Below, one piece after another: positions 1 to 6,939 of a stretch of 64,000 nt of DNA. A program made the translations under genes and the position numbers. This DNA is from a virus. Every line of letters begins with the position of its first letter. Position 1 is the stretch's first letter. The stretch is taken from positions 5,639 to 69,638 of the IMG/VR virus record IMGVR_UViG_3300027541_000695. One strand, given 5' to 3'. The notes below the pieces were generated by a model. It worked only from the letters and a program-made list of their open reading frames with translations. It did no database searches and was not told the origin of the DNA.

Positions 1-25
1 AAAAATAAACTTGGAGCAAACTCTA

Positions 26-160
26 ATGCCGATCAATGATTATCCATATAGAGCGCTTATAAAGCTTCTCTGCAAGCTTAATCTACATTCAGCGTATAAG
101 CAAGCATTACCAAACCCACACGATCCCGACATCTTTGGTACTTCCTGGTTCACGGGGTGA
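26..160 (+). CDS. Microprotein, array family member 1 (44 aa; frame is open to the window edge)
   Basis: Hand-translated: MPINDYPYRALIKLLCKLNLHSAYKQALPNPHDPDIFGTSWFTG. GGAG at 13-16. Carries the LxxxLxKLxL array motif. Not in the ORF track. Confidence 0.65.
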   Translation: MPINDYPYRALIKLLCKLNLHSAYKQALPNPHDPDIFGTSWFTG

Positions 161-163
161 CGT

Positions 164-277
164 ATGTACGAACCTAGGTTTACGCAGAAAGGCATCGATC
201 GAGCCTGGGCCCGCCACAACCTACTCGTTTTATTGATGAAGTTCGGCATTAGAATGCCATATTATGATATACGGTAG
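164..277 (+). CDS. Microprotein, array family member 2 (37 aa)
   Basis: Hand-translated: MYEPRFTQKGIDRAWARHNLLVLLMKFGIRMPYYDIR. Starts 3 nt after the previous stop. Motif HNLLVLLMKFGI. Confidence 0.65.
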   Translation: MYEPRFTQKGIDRAWARHNLLVLLMKFGIRMPYYDIR

Positions 278-449
278 TCACCACTCAAGTAGGTCAAACT
301 TGTTAAAATTAAAGGTTGCGTTAATACTGCACAAGATGGGCGTCAAACACCCGAACATACAAGAAGATGTATATAACATAATGGGTATATACGTCAGTAG
401 TTATTATTATTACGATAATAAGCTCGGCGTTTTCTCTTACATACCGTAA
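264..449 (+). CDS. Microprotein, array family member 3 (61 aa)
   Basis: ORF track. Motif LKVALILHKMGV. Overlaps the previous stop. Confidence 0.7.
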   Translation: MIYGSHHSSRSNLLKLKVALILHKMGVKHPNIQEDVYNIMGIYVSSYYYYDNKLGVFSYIP

Positions 450-475
450 GCGCTAGATTACCTACCCACTTAAGA

Positions 476-481
476 TATAAT
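476..481 (+). promoter_or_regulatory. -10 box (TATAAT) 6 nt before ATG 488; leaderless-type promoter
   Basis: TATAAT-CTAGAT-ATG, no Shine-Dalgarno. Confidence 0.6.
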
Positions 482-487
482 CTAGAT

Positions 488-652
488 ATGACTAGGTCAA
501 GCGATAAGGTTAAGTATATGCGCGTCCATTTTCACAAGAGGGAGTATTACTGGCTCTTGGTTAAGATGTTAAGCAAACTTAACGTTATAAGCGAGGATAA
601 GTATTTCGCTTTCTTATTTTATATTCCATCAGATATCGAGTTTGACATATGA
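488..652 (+). CDS. Microprotein, array family member 4 (54 aa)
   Basis: Hand-translated: MTRSSDKVKYMRVHFHKREYYWLLVKMLSKLNVISEDKYFAFLFYIPSDIEFDI. ATGA overlap with the next ORF. Not in the ORF track. Confidence 0.7.
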   Translation: MTRSSDKVKYMRVHFHKREYYWLLVKMLSKLNVISEDKYFAFLFYIPSDIEFDI

Positions 653-843
653 TTCCGTGTTTTCCAAAGTTCATCAAGACGATGTCTCGCGATAGGAACT
701 TCGATATACAGTACGTGTGCGCTGTAACGCTCATGACAATGGGCGTTATCACCGATGAGCAGTTTAAGAAGTTCGTCGTAATGTATATCGCGAATTACGG
801 CGTCGGAACAAGTATGCAAGATGACGCGCACTATGATATATGA
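649..843 (+). CDS. Microprotein, array family member 5 (64 aa)
   Basis: ORF track. Motif YVCAVTLMTMGVITDEQF. Coupled by an ATGA overlap. Confidence 0.7.
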   Translation: MIPCFPKFIKTMSRDRNFDIQYVCAVTLMTMGVITDEQFKKFVVMYIANYGVGTSMQDDAHYDI

Positions 844-1027
844 TGGCTTTCGCAAAAGTTTGCAAGGTAAACATGGGGATAACGCGCTTGGCTCTTGGCA
901 TTGGCTCACTCTTGTTCTTTGGAAACTTGGACTTATGGACAGCGATGAGAGATTAACCATAGCACTTATGTTGATTGGTAGGTTGCATCAAAGGGATACA
1001 AATGAAGACGACGATGAAGCACGGTGA
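833..1027 (+). CDS. Microprotein, array family member 6
   Basis: ORF track starts at 821; ATG 833 (MIYDG) preferred. Motif HWLTLVLWKLGLMD. Confidence 0.7.
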   Translation: MIYDGFRKSLQGKHGDNALGSWHWLTLVLWKLGLMDSDERLTIALMLIGRLHQRDTNEDDDEAR

Positions 1028-1232
1028 AGACTGTAGATGCCCATATTGTCTAAGATACTCTATTCACTTGCTGTACCCTAACGGCGGGATGGATAGTTTA
1101 TCTTATATAGCTAAGTATAACTTGTGTAGCGTTTTGATGAAGTTGCGCGTAGCATCGCATAAGAACGTTGACGCGTATATTCGCGCGGCAATATTCGACG
1201 AGGTCTTACTGATGACCTCACACTTTTATTGA
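1014..1232 (+). CDS. Microprotein, array family member 7, with N-terminal HxxxCxCxxC
   Basis: ORF track starts at 975; ATG 1002 or 1014 is more likely. Motif YNLCSVLMKLRVAS. Confidence 0.7.
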   Translation: MKHGEDCRCPYCLRYSIHLLYPNGGMDSLSYIAKYNLCSVLMKLRVASHKNVDAYIRAAIFDEVLLMTSHFY

Positions 1233-1233
1233 T

Positions 1234-1380
1234 ATGATTCCAAAAGAGTTAGTAGCATGCGATAGGTTAGTGTGGGTACTGTTCCAGATGAGAGCAGTAT
1301 CTAAGAGTAATTACATGTTGTTTAGGTTCATGTGCAAAAAGAGACTGGATATCTGGATGCACCAGACAAATAAGGTATAA
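1234..1380 (+). CDS. Microprotein, array family member 8 (48 aa)
   Basis: Hand-translated: MIPKELVACDRLVWVLFQMRAVSKSNYMLFRFMCKKRLDIWMHQTNKV. Starts 1 nt after the previous stop. Confidence 0.65.
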   Translation: MIPKELVACDRLVWVLFQMRAVSKSNYMLFRFMCKKRLDIWMHQTNKV

Positions 1381-1460
1381 TATATGATGTACGTATATGC
1401 ACTTAACTTAGTAACTATGCTTGACTTAAACGGGCGGGGGCTCATAGCCAAATAAGAACT

Positions 1461-1637
1461 ATGAGAAACGTTAAGGTCTACGTTGACATGAATGACAAGA
1501 GAGATGGATGGATGGCGAGATACATAGTCATGTATGATCTTTTTAGTGTCATGGTAAAGCTTAAGATAATAAAAGACGTCACTATGGTAGACACTAATGA
1601 CCACAGCTGGACGCACAGGATAAGATTTGGGCAATGA
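1461..1637 (+). CDS. Microprotein, array family member 9 (58 aa)
   Basis: Hand-translated: MRNVKVYVDMNDKRDGWMARYIVMYDLFSVMVKLKIIKDVTMVDTNDHSWTHRIRFGQ. ATGA overlap with the next ORF. Confidence 0.7.
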   Translation: MRNVKVYVDMNDKRDGWMARYIVMYDLFSVMVKLKIIKDVTMVDTNDHSWTHRIRFGQ

Positions 1638-1861
1638 ATAGATATATAAGCATATTAAGCTTGCTGATCGTGGGTTTAGCCGGGGGGTGCGCGAGCGTCG
1701 AAATGAACCGATCGCACCATATGTTAAAAGTTTGCTCTATTCAGGGCTGTAATATAGTAAACGTGTTCGATAGCTTGTCTTACTGCATAGAGATGAGAGA
1801 TCAGTTGAGATCTGCTCACAAAGATGTCAGCGCTATATGTGAAGGGTTTAAAGAACCATAA
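1634..1861 (+). CDS. Small exported protein or putative lipoprotein
   Basis: N-terminus MNRYISILSLLIVGLAGGC has a basic residue, a hydrophobic core and a lipobox-like Cys; four further Cys follow. Confidence 0.6.
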   Translation: MNRYISILSLLIVGLAGGCASVEMNRSHHMLKVCSIQGCNIVNVFDSLSYCIEMRDQLRSAHKDVSAICEGFKEP

Positions 1862-2058
1862 TGTCGAGCATATACGATCACGACGAGTCGCACAAGCACA
1901 AGATACTGATAGCAAGAAGATTAGCTAAATTAGAGGCTAAAGCAGGATTGTTCGCGATCTTGAAAGCACTCAAGATAAAAGCTGCGACAAAGACAGCTGA
2001 TCGTTACTGGAACGAGTATATGGCTTTTTTAGGCGATCTGACAAGTAGAGCATACTGA
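1861..2058 (+). CDS. Microprotein, array family member 10 (65 aa)
   Basis: ORF track. Motif AGLFAILKALKIKA. TAATG coupling. Confidence 0.7.
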   Translation: MSSIYDHDESHKHKILIARRLAKLEAKAGLFAILKALKIKAATKTADRYWNEYMAFLGDLTSRAY

Positions 2059-2059
2059 C

Positions 2060-2269
2060 ATGGGATTCTATGAAAACATAGACATGTTTCAGGTCATGTC
2101 TGCGCTTGATCTTATAGTGATCTTGAGAAAGCTTAATGTAGCAGATGATATATTCTTTGGAACGGTATCTGGACGCAACTGGAACACGTATTACACAGAT
2201 TCGGATAAGTTTGCGTTGATCAAGAAGAGAGCAATTAGATCATCTTCAGGTCATCTCTTTAAGGTGTAG
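2060..2269 (+). CDS. Microprotein, array family member 11 (69 aa)
   Basis: ORF track. Motif LDLIVILRKLNVAD. Confidence 0.7.
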   Translation: MGFYENIDMFQVMSALDLIVILRKLNVADDIFFGTVSGRNWNTYYTDSDKFALIKKRAIRSSSGHLFKV

Positions 2270-2487
2270 TTTTTTAGATCTATCTCTTCGTCTATGATGG
2301 CATTATGCATTAATACACCTAGTGCTATCTCTAATCTTTGAGGAGGAGTAGGAGGAGATGGATTAAGGAACTCTGGTAAACACATGGCCCTAAACGGACA
2401 CACTTTACACCTAGCCGCCTTAAGACATTGACCGTTAGTCTCCACTATCTCTTCAAGTATATTTTTATCATCGCTAGACAAAAGCAT
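2251..2487 (-). CDS. Small 4-Cys metal (Fe-S/Zn)-binding protein
   Basis: C-x5-C-x2-C-P-x4-C (CLKAARCKVCPFRAMC). Paralogue of the adjacent ORF. Confidence 0.7.
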   Translation of the reverse strand: MLLSSDDKNILEEIVETNGQCLKAARCKVCPFRAMCLPEFLNPSPPTPPQRLEIALGVLMHNAIIDEEIDLKNYTLKR

Positions 2488-2763
2488 TTAATTATCTATT
2501 ATCTTATCTAATTCTAATTGAGCTAATTTTTCTGACGCGGCCCTTTTATATATCTCATCGGCCTCTTCTTCTGAAAGTCCATCGACCCCTAAAGATTCAA
2601 CGCAGCTTATAAATCTACCGCTTTCATATCTATCTAACTTAGATAACGGACAAGTACGGCATATACTTATAGTGGCCCATGAAGCACAGCTGCCGTTTTC
2701 TTCTATAATTCGTTCGAGAATCTGTTTCTCTGTCATGTTGTCTTTGTCCATATATATATACAT
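2488..2763 (-). CDS. Small 4-Cys metal-binding protein, paralogue of 2251..2487
   Basis: EKQILERIIEENGSC..CRTCPL..C aligns with DKNILEEIVETNGQC..CKVCPF..C. True start is probably 2751 or 2736, since a minus-strand TATAAT lies at 2762-2767. Confidence 0.7.
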   Translation of the reverse strand: MYIYMDKDNMTEKQILERIIEENGSCASWATISICRTCPLSKLDRYESGRFISCVESLGVDGLSEEEADEIYKRAASEKLAQLELDKIIDN

Positions 2764-2796
2764 TATAAGCTATTTTTTAATTAGTTAACATCGCGG

Positions 2797-2802
2797 TATA
2801 AT
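2797..2802 (+). promoter_or_regulatory. -10 box 6 nt before ATG 2809 (leaderless)
   Basis: CGG-TATAAT-TAAAAC-ATG. Confidence 0.65.
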
Positions 2803-2808
2803 TAAAAC

Positions 2809-3627
2809 ATGAGCATGGACAAACCAGGTAATGTATATCCTCCACCAGCGCAAGCGCCGACATCTACGCCGTCGCCGATGCCACTTTACATACCAGATCC
2901 TAGTATCAAGGGAATAAATTTTGATCAGTTGTTGAACCAGAGAGGAATAAGGTTCGTTCACTCTAAGGCTGTTCCATGCCCCAATATATTAGATGTAGAC
3001 AACAATGCTCACTTACCTGACTGTGAGCACTGTGATGACTCAGGCATACTTTACTACGGTGAGCAGGAAATATGGGGTATCTTTACAGGTAACTCTATAG
3101 AGAAAACGTTTGAAGCCCACGGCGTATGGGAAGTGGGAACCGCGGTAGTAACACTACCAACCGAATATCCTAATGGAGAACAGGCGGACTTTAATACTTA
3201 CGATAGACTAGTAATACCAGATTTTACTGTAAGAATGTGGGAGATGAAGGAATACGAGGCGAGACCTAACGGCAGGCAATCTCTTAGATATCCGGTAAAA
3301 AAGGTAGAATTTGCTTGTTCGATATCTAACGGCGTAAAAAAGATATATCAACCAGGTGTAGACTTTAATATAACTCCCGAAGGCGACATACAGTGGATAG
3401 AAGGACAAGAACCTTTTTATGACTCCAACATAGATAGGGGTGAGGCTATAATATGGGCGTTTTACTCTAATCCTGTATATGTAGTAGTTCAATGTTTAAG
3501 AGAACTTAGAATAACACAAGAACTTGTAAATGGGCAAAAAGTTGCAAAAAGACTCCCTCAACAGCTTTTAGTGCGCAGAGATTTTATGGTTGGCGCAGGG
3601 GAAAAGATAGCAAATTCTCAGGGTTAA
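2809..3627 (+). CDS. Neck/head-closure (stopper) protein, Herelleviridae-like, Zn-binding
   Basis: RGIRFVHSKAVPCP..DCEHCDDSG..GTAVVT..YDRLVIPD..LPQQLLVRRD recalls the Twort/K-like neck protein. Lies upstream of the terminator and sheath. Confidence 0.7.
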   Translation: MSMDKPGNVYPPPAQAPTSTPSPMPLYIPDPSIKGINFDQLLNQRGIRFVHSKAVPCPNILDVDNNAHLPDCEHCDDSGILYYGEQEIWGIFTGNSIEKTFEAHGVWEVGTAVVTLPTEYPNGEQADFNTYDRLVIPDFTVRMWEMKEYEARPNGRQSLRYPVKKVEFACSISNGVKKIYQPGVDFNITPEGDIQWIEGQEPFYDSNIDRGEAIIWAFYSNPVYVVVQCLRELRITQELVNGQKVAKRLPQQLLVRRDFMVGAGEKIANSQG

Positions 3628-3686
3628 CTATAAAATCGAGTTATAATGTATACTGTACAACGGATCACAGGAGATAATCTTTAATT

Positions 3687-5279
3687 ATGCCACATGCGGT
3701 TTCACGCAGACAGTATAGAATGATGCAAGCTATTCTTCATGGCAAGAAGGTAGATCAAGGATCTCGTGGTCGTCCTCCTAAAGAAGTAGCGAGAAAATAC
3801 ATAGAAGCAACAGGCAGTGCTAAAGATCTTCCAGAGCAAAGCGGAGAAGATAGAGGCGGAAGCTGGACAGACAAGCATCACGCTAAACATCATAAGAAGG
3901 AATCTAAGAAGCACGGCGGCAAAGAATCTTCTAAGGGCAAAGAACATAGATCTAAATCTGCTCACCATCTTAAAGAGCATAGAAAAAAATTAAAGAAAGC
4001 GTTTGAAGAGTTTTATAAGGGCAGAGGAAGAGCTGTGGCAACCCTTATAATAAATTCTGAAAATAAGGTATTATTAGGCAAACATAACTCGGGCAAACTC
4101 GCTTTTCCTGGTGGTCATTTAGAACCAAACGAAGGTTTTGAAGACGCTGCGCTTAGAGAAATGCACGAAGAGGCCGGAGTGTTAGGCAGAATAACGTCTG
4201 AGATATACAGGGGTTCCATCGAAGGTAATGAAACCGTAGTGTATCTTGCTGAGATTGCTAAGGGTAAACCTAAAGATACTACATCTGACGACGGCAAAGA
4301 AAAGATGTCGAGCTGGAAATGGTATGACATATCTGATATACCATGGGACAAATTACGAAATTGCTGTTTAAAGCCCCTTAAACAATTTATCGATCAAAAG
4401 CTCGGCAAGTCCTTAGAAGGCTTAGTGGCGTTAGAAAAATTAGAGAAGAACATAATACGTCAAAGAGGCGATGCAGTATTCGAAGTATCACACGGCGACG
4501 CACTAAAGATAGTTGGCAACGGTGTCTTTAGAGCTCTTAAGAAAGCCGTAGAAGACATGGAAGATGAAGATTTTAAAGATCTTAAGTTTGACAGCCATGT
4601 TATATCCATAAGAAAACACATGAACGATGTGTATTCTGGTCGCGTATCTGACGGACATAAAGTTGTATATCAATTTACTAACAAATCCCTTCCTGAGCTC
4701 GCTGTAGCTCTTATGAGCATATTCGAATGGTATCTTCCTGAAGATGAAAAAGAACTAGAGCTGCTTGACGATAAATCACTTTCAGATGATGCGATAGAAG
4801 GTGGCTTAAATGAGCTTATCGATAATTACAAAAAACACAACATAGGTAACATCTACGAAGAGATGGAAACAATACGTCAGCAGCTTAGAAATGGCGTAGC
4901 AGTAGATTTACAGCAGGTTGAAACTAAGATATTAAAGCTTTTTGATAAACTAGAAAATGTTGTACACGAAGCCGCAGGAAAACACAATAAGTTGTGTCAA
5001 GCGGTTGGAAAAGATCTTGACGAGCTTGAGAGAAAACTTAGAGCACTTCAAGAAAAAATAGACAACGATAATAAAAAACCAGATAAAATAGAAGCCGTAT
5101 CATCAAACCTATCTAATCAAGATAAGGTTCATAGCGATTTCTATTCTTATTTGACGAAACCAAGAATCGAAATAATGCCCAACGGAAAGATAACTATTTC
5201 CTTTGGCGGAGATTGGCAAGACTTAGAAAAAGAAAATTTTCTTAAGGACATGAAGGCCAAAGTAGTTAACAAAAAATAA
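3687..5279 (+). CDS. Nudix hydrolase domain protein with His/Lys-rich N-terminus and coiled-coil C-terminus
   Basis: Complete Nudix box GHLEPNEGFEDAALREMHEEAGV (GX5EX7REUXEEXGU). Own -10 box at 3642-3647 and an AGGAG SD. Confidence 0.85.
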   Translation: MPHAVSRRQYRMMQAILHGKKVDQGSRGRPPKEVARKYIEATGSAKDLPEQSGEDRGGSWTDKHHAKHHKKESKKHGGKESSKGKEHRSKSAHHLKEHRKKLKKAFEEFYKGRGRAVATLIINSENKVLLGKHNSGKLAFPGGHLEPNEGFEDAALREMHEEAGVLGRITSEIYRGSIEGNETVVYLAEIAKGKPKDTTSDDGKEKMSSWKWYDISDIPWDKLRNCCLKPLKQFIDQKLGKSLEGLVALEKLEKNIIRQRGDAVFEVSHGDALKIVGNGVFRALKKAVEDMEDEDFKDLKFDSHVISIRKHMNDVYSGRVSDGHKVVYQFTNKSLPELAVALMSIFEWYLPEDEKELELLDDKSLSDDAIEGGLNELIDNYKKHNIGNIYEEMETIRQQLRNGVAVDLQQVETKILKLFDKLENVVHEAAGKHNKLCQAVGKDLDELERKLRALQEKIDNDNKKPDKIEAVSSNLSNQDKVHSDFYSYLTKPRIEIMPNGKITISFGGDWQDLEKENFLKDMKAKVVNKK

Positions 5280-5280
5280 A

Positions 5281-5922
5281 ATGGTTAACATTACGCTTGA
5301 ACTTCAATCATTAAGGGCGATATTAGAGTCTAAGGGTTTAGATCCTGATACTGTCGATTCAATAGTCAGTAAAGCTAAAGAAGAGATAAATGGCGCAGTC
5401 GAAGAATTAGGCATGTCTGCGCTTGAATCGGCTATTGAAGCCGGCGTAGAAAAAGGATCTGATGAGTTTATAAATCAAGTTATGCTTGATAGAATAGGCG
5501 CACAGATCACGACTGAAACATTCAACACATCATTCACCGAGCCATCTAAACCCATGTTGCCTTATTTGCTGCAAGGAGCAAAACCGCTAAAAGACGGAAG
5601 TGGCGTTTATAAGGTAATTCCCGTTGGCTCTCCATCGACTTCTCCTAAACCAAGTATCGCTAGCAATATATATGATGCTTGGAAATATGAAAATACAAGA
5701 AGAATAGAAGCAGCTAAACAGAATTTTCAAAATATAGCGCCAAGAGGCTCAAAGGCAGAATTTAGAACAGCCACAAGCAAGCAGGACGCTAATACCCAAT
5801 GGGTTATCCCATCTAAAGAGAAAGATTTTACTGAAGATCTCGGCCAAATAAATGAATCCTTTAGGGATCAATTGAGCGAAAGAATAAGAGACATAATTAA
5901 GGAATACGAGGATTCGTTCTAA
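5281..5922 (+). CDS. Tail completion/neck protein
   Basis: KDGSGVYKVIP and FRTATSK..QWVIP motifs resemble the ~200-aa Herelleviridae neck gene that precedes the terminator; gene order agrees. Confidence 0.6.
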   Translation: MVNITLELQSLRAILESKGLDPDTVDSIVSKAKEEINGAVEELGMSALESAIEAGVEKGSDEFINQVMLDRIGAQITTETFNTSFTEPSKPMLPYLLQGAKPLKDGSGVYKVIPVGSPSTSPKPSIASNIYDAWKYENTRRIEAAKQNFQNIAPRGSKAEFRTATSKQDANTQWVIPSKEKDFTEDLGQINESFRDQLSERIRDIIKEYEDSF

Positions 5923-6623
5923 TGTCTTTTGTAATGCCAGAAATAGTAATAAGAAAGATAATAGATCAAGGTATCAAGAATCTTAGAAAAAATAAAGATG
6001 CTTTTGATGATTTGTTTGCCATGTTAACTGAGCAAGACTTTAGTTCTGACTATGGCGATGACTATAGAAACAAAATATGGAAATGGTTCTCGGAAACAAA
6101 GATACCAGTAATTCAAGCTTGGTCATTTAACGCACAAAAAATACCCTGTATAAGTGTGCATCTAGCTAATGAAACCGAAGATGAGAGTAAGGCCGCTATG
6201 AGCGACATAGCGGCGCTTTTTGATAATGAAGAGGGTGAAACTGGAACAGGTGTATTTACCGTGATGGTTGATATAGGTATACATGCTAATAGAGGTGGCG
6301 ACCATGTTTTGTGGATGTACTATATCGTATCCTACATACTTTTTAAGAACAAGCTCACAGCGGAAAGATTGGGCCTAAAGCTCCACACTTATAGTGCCAC
6401 AGATTACAGCAAAGATACCATGCACATGGCAGAAAACACGTGGACAAGATGGATAAGATTCAGGTGTACTACCCAGAATTATTGGATGGGTGACAAGTAT
6501 ACTGATATAGGCGAGATAAACGTAGAGCATACTGTAGACGGATCTGACTTAAATAGTTCAGAGGCTGGCATAGTTGCAAGTAAAATAAATGACGAAGATG
6601 ATAGCGAAGGGGTTAATATTTAA
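5922..6623 (+). CDS. Tail terminator protein
   Basis: Position before the small ORF and sheath; PCISVHLANETE..TVMVDIGIHA beta-strand pattern. Confidence 0.6.
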   Translation: MSFVMPEIVIRKIIDQGIKNLRKNKDAFDDLFAMLTEQDFSSDYGDDYRNKIWKWFSETKIPVIQAWSFNAQKIPCISVHLANETEDESKAAMSDIAALFDNEEGETGTGVFTVMVDIGIHANRGGDHVLWMYYIVSYILFKNKLTAERLGLKLHTYSATDYSKDTMHMAENTWTRWIRFRCTTQNYWMGDKYTDIGEINVEHTVDGSDLNSSEAGIVASKINDEDDSEGVNI

Positions 6624-6658
6624 CCACTTTTTGAGTGTATAATAAATGTGAGGCTTAC

Positions 6659-6883
6659 ATGAAAAAGAAAAAAGAAAAGAATAGAAATCTTTTGAGCTTA
6701 GAACAAGAAGGCGTAGAAAAGGTAGACTTTGACACCTGGTATGCACTTAGAAAAGAATCTATACCTAAGCATCATCACAAGGAAGTATTAAAAGCTGATT
6801 TTAAAGGCAGAGGATTAAGCGGGGATTGCTCTATGGAAACCTTCGATAGAGCCCTAGCCGCATATGGCATAGTTTTAGGTTAA
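6659..6883 (+). CDS. Small protein preceding the tail sheath
   Basis: ATG 6659 with GAGG SD and TATAAT at 6638-6643. VDFDTW..FDRALAAYG pattern resembles the ~70-aa gene before Herelleviridae sheaths. Confidence 0.6.
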   Translation: MKKKKEKNRNLLSLEQEGVEKVDFDTWYALRKESIPKHHHKEVLKADFKGRGLSGDCSMETFDRALAAYGIVLG

Positions 6884-6900
6884 CATTAGCTTATTAAGCA

Positions 6901-6909
6901 TGTTATAAT
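6901..6909 (+). promoter_or_regulatory. Extended -10 promoter of the sheath gene
   Basis: TGT-TATAAT, followed by an AGGAG SD and ATG 6940. Confidence 0.6.
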
Positions 6910-6939
6910 TTATTTACAGAATCTTAGGAGAAAAAGAAA

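Noticed and set aside
1384-1455. 23-aa ORF MMYVYALNLVTMLDLNGRGLIAK after TATAAT at 1376-1381
   Set aside because: It has only a partial match to the array motif and is too short to support; it may be a degenerate twelfth member.
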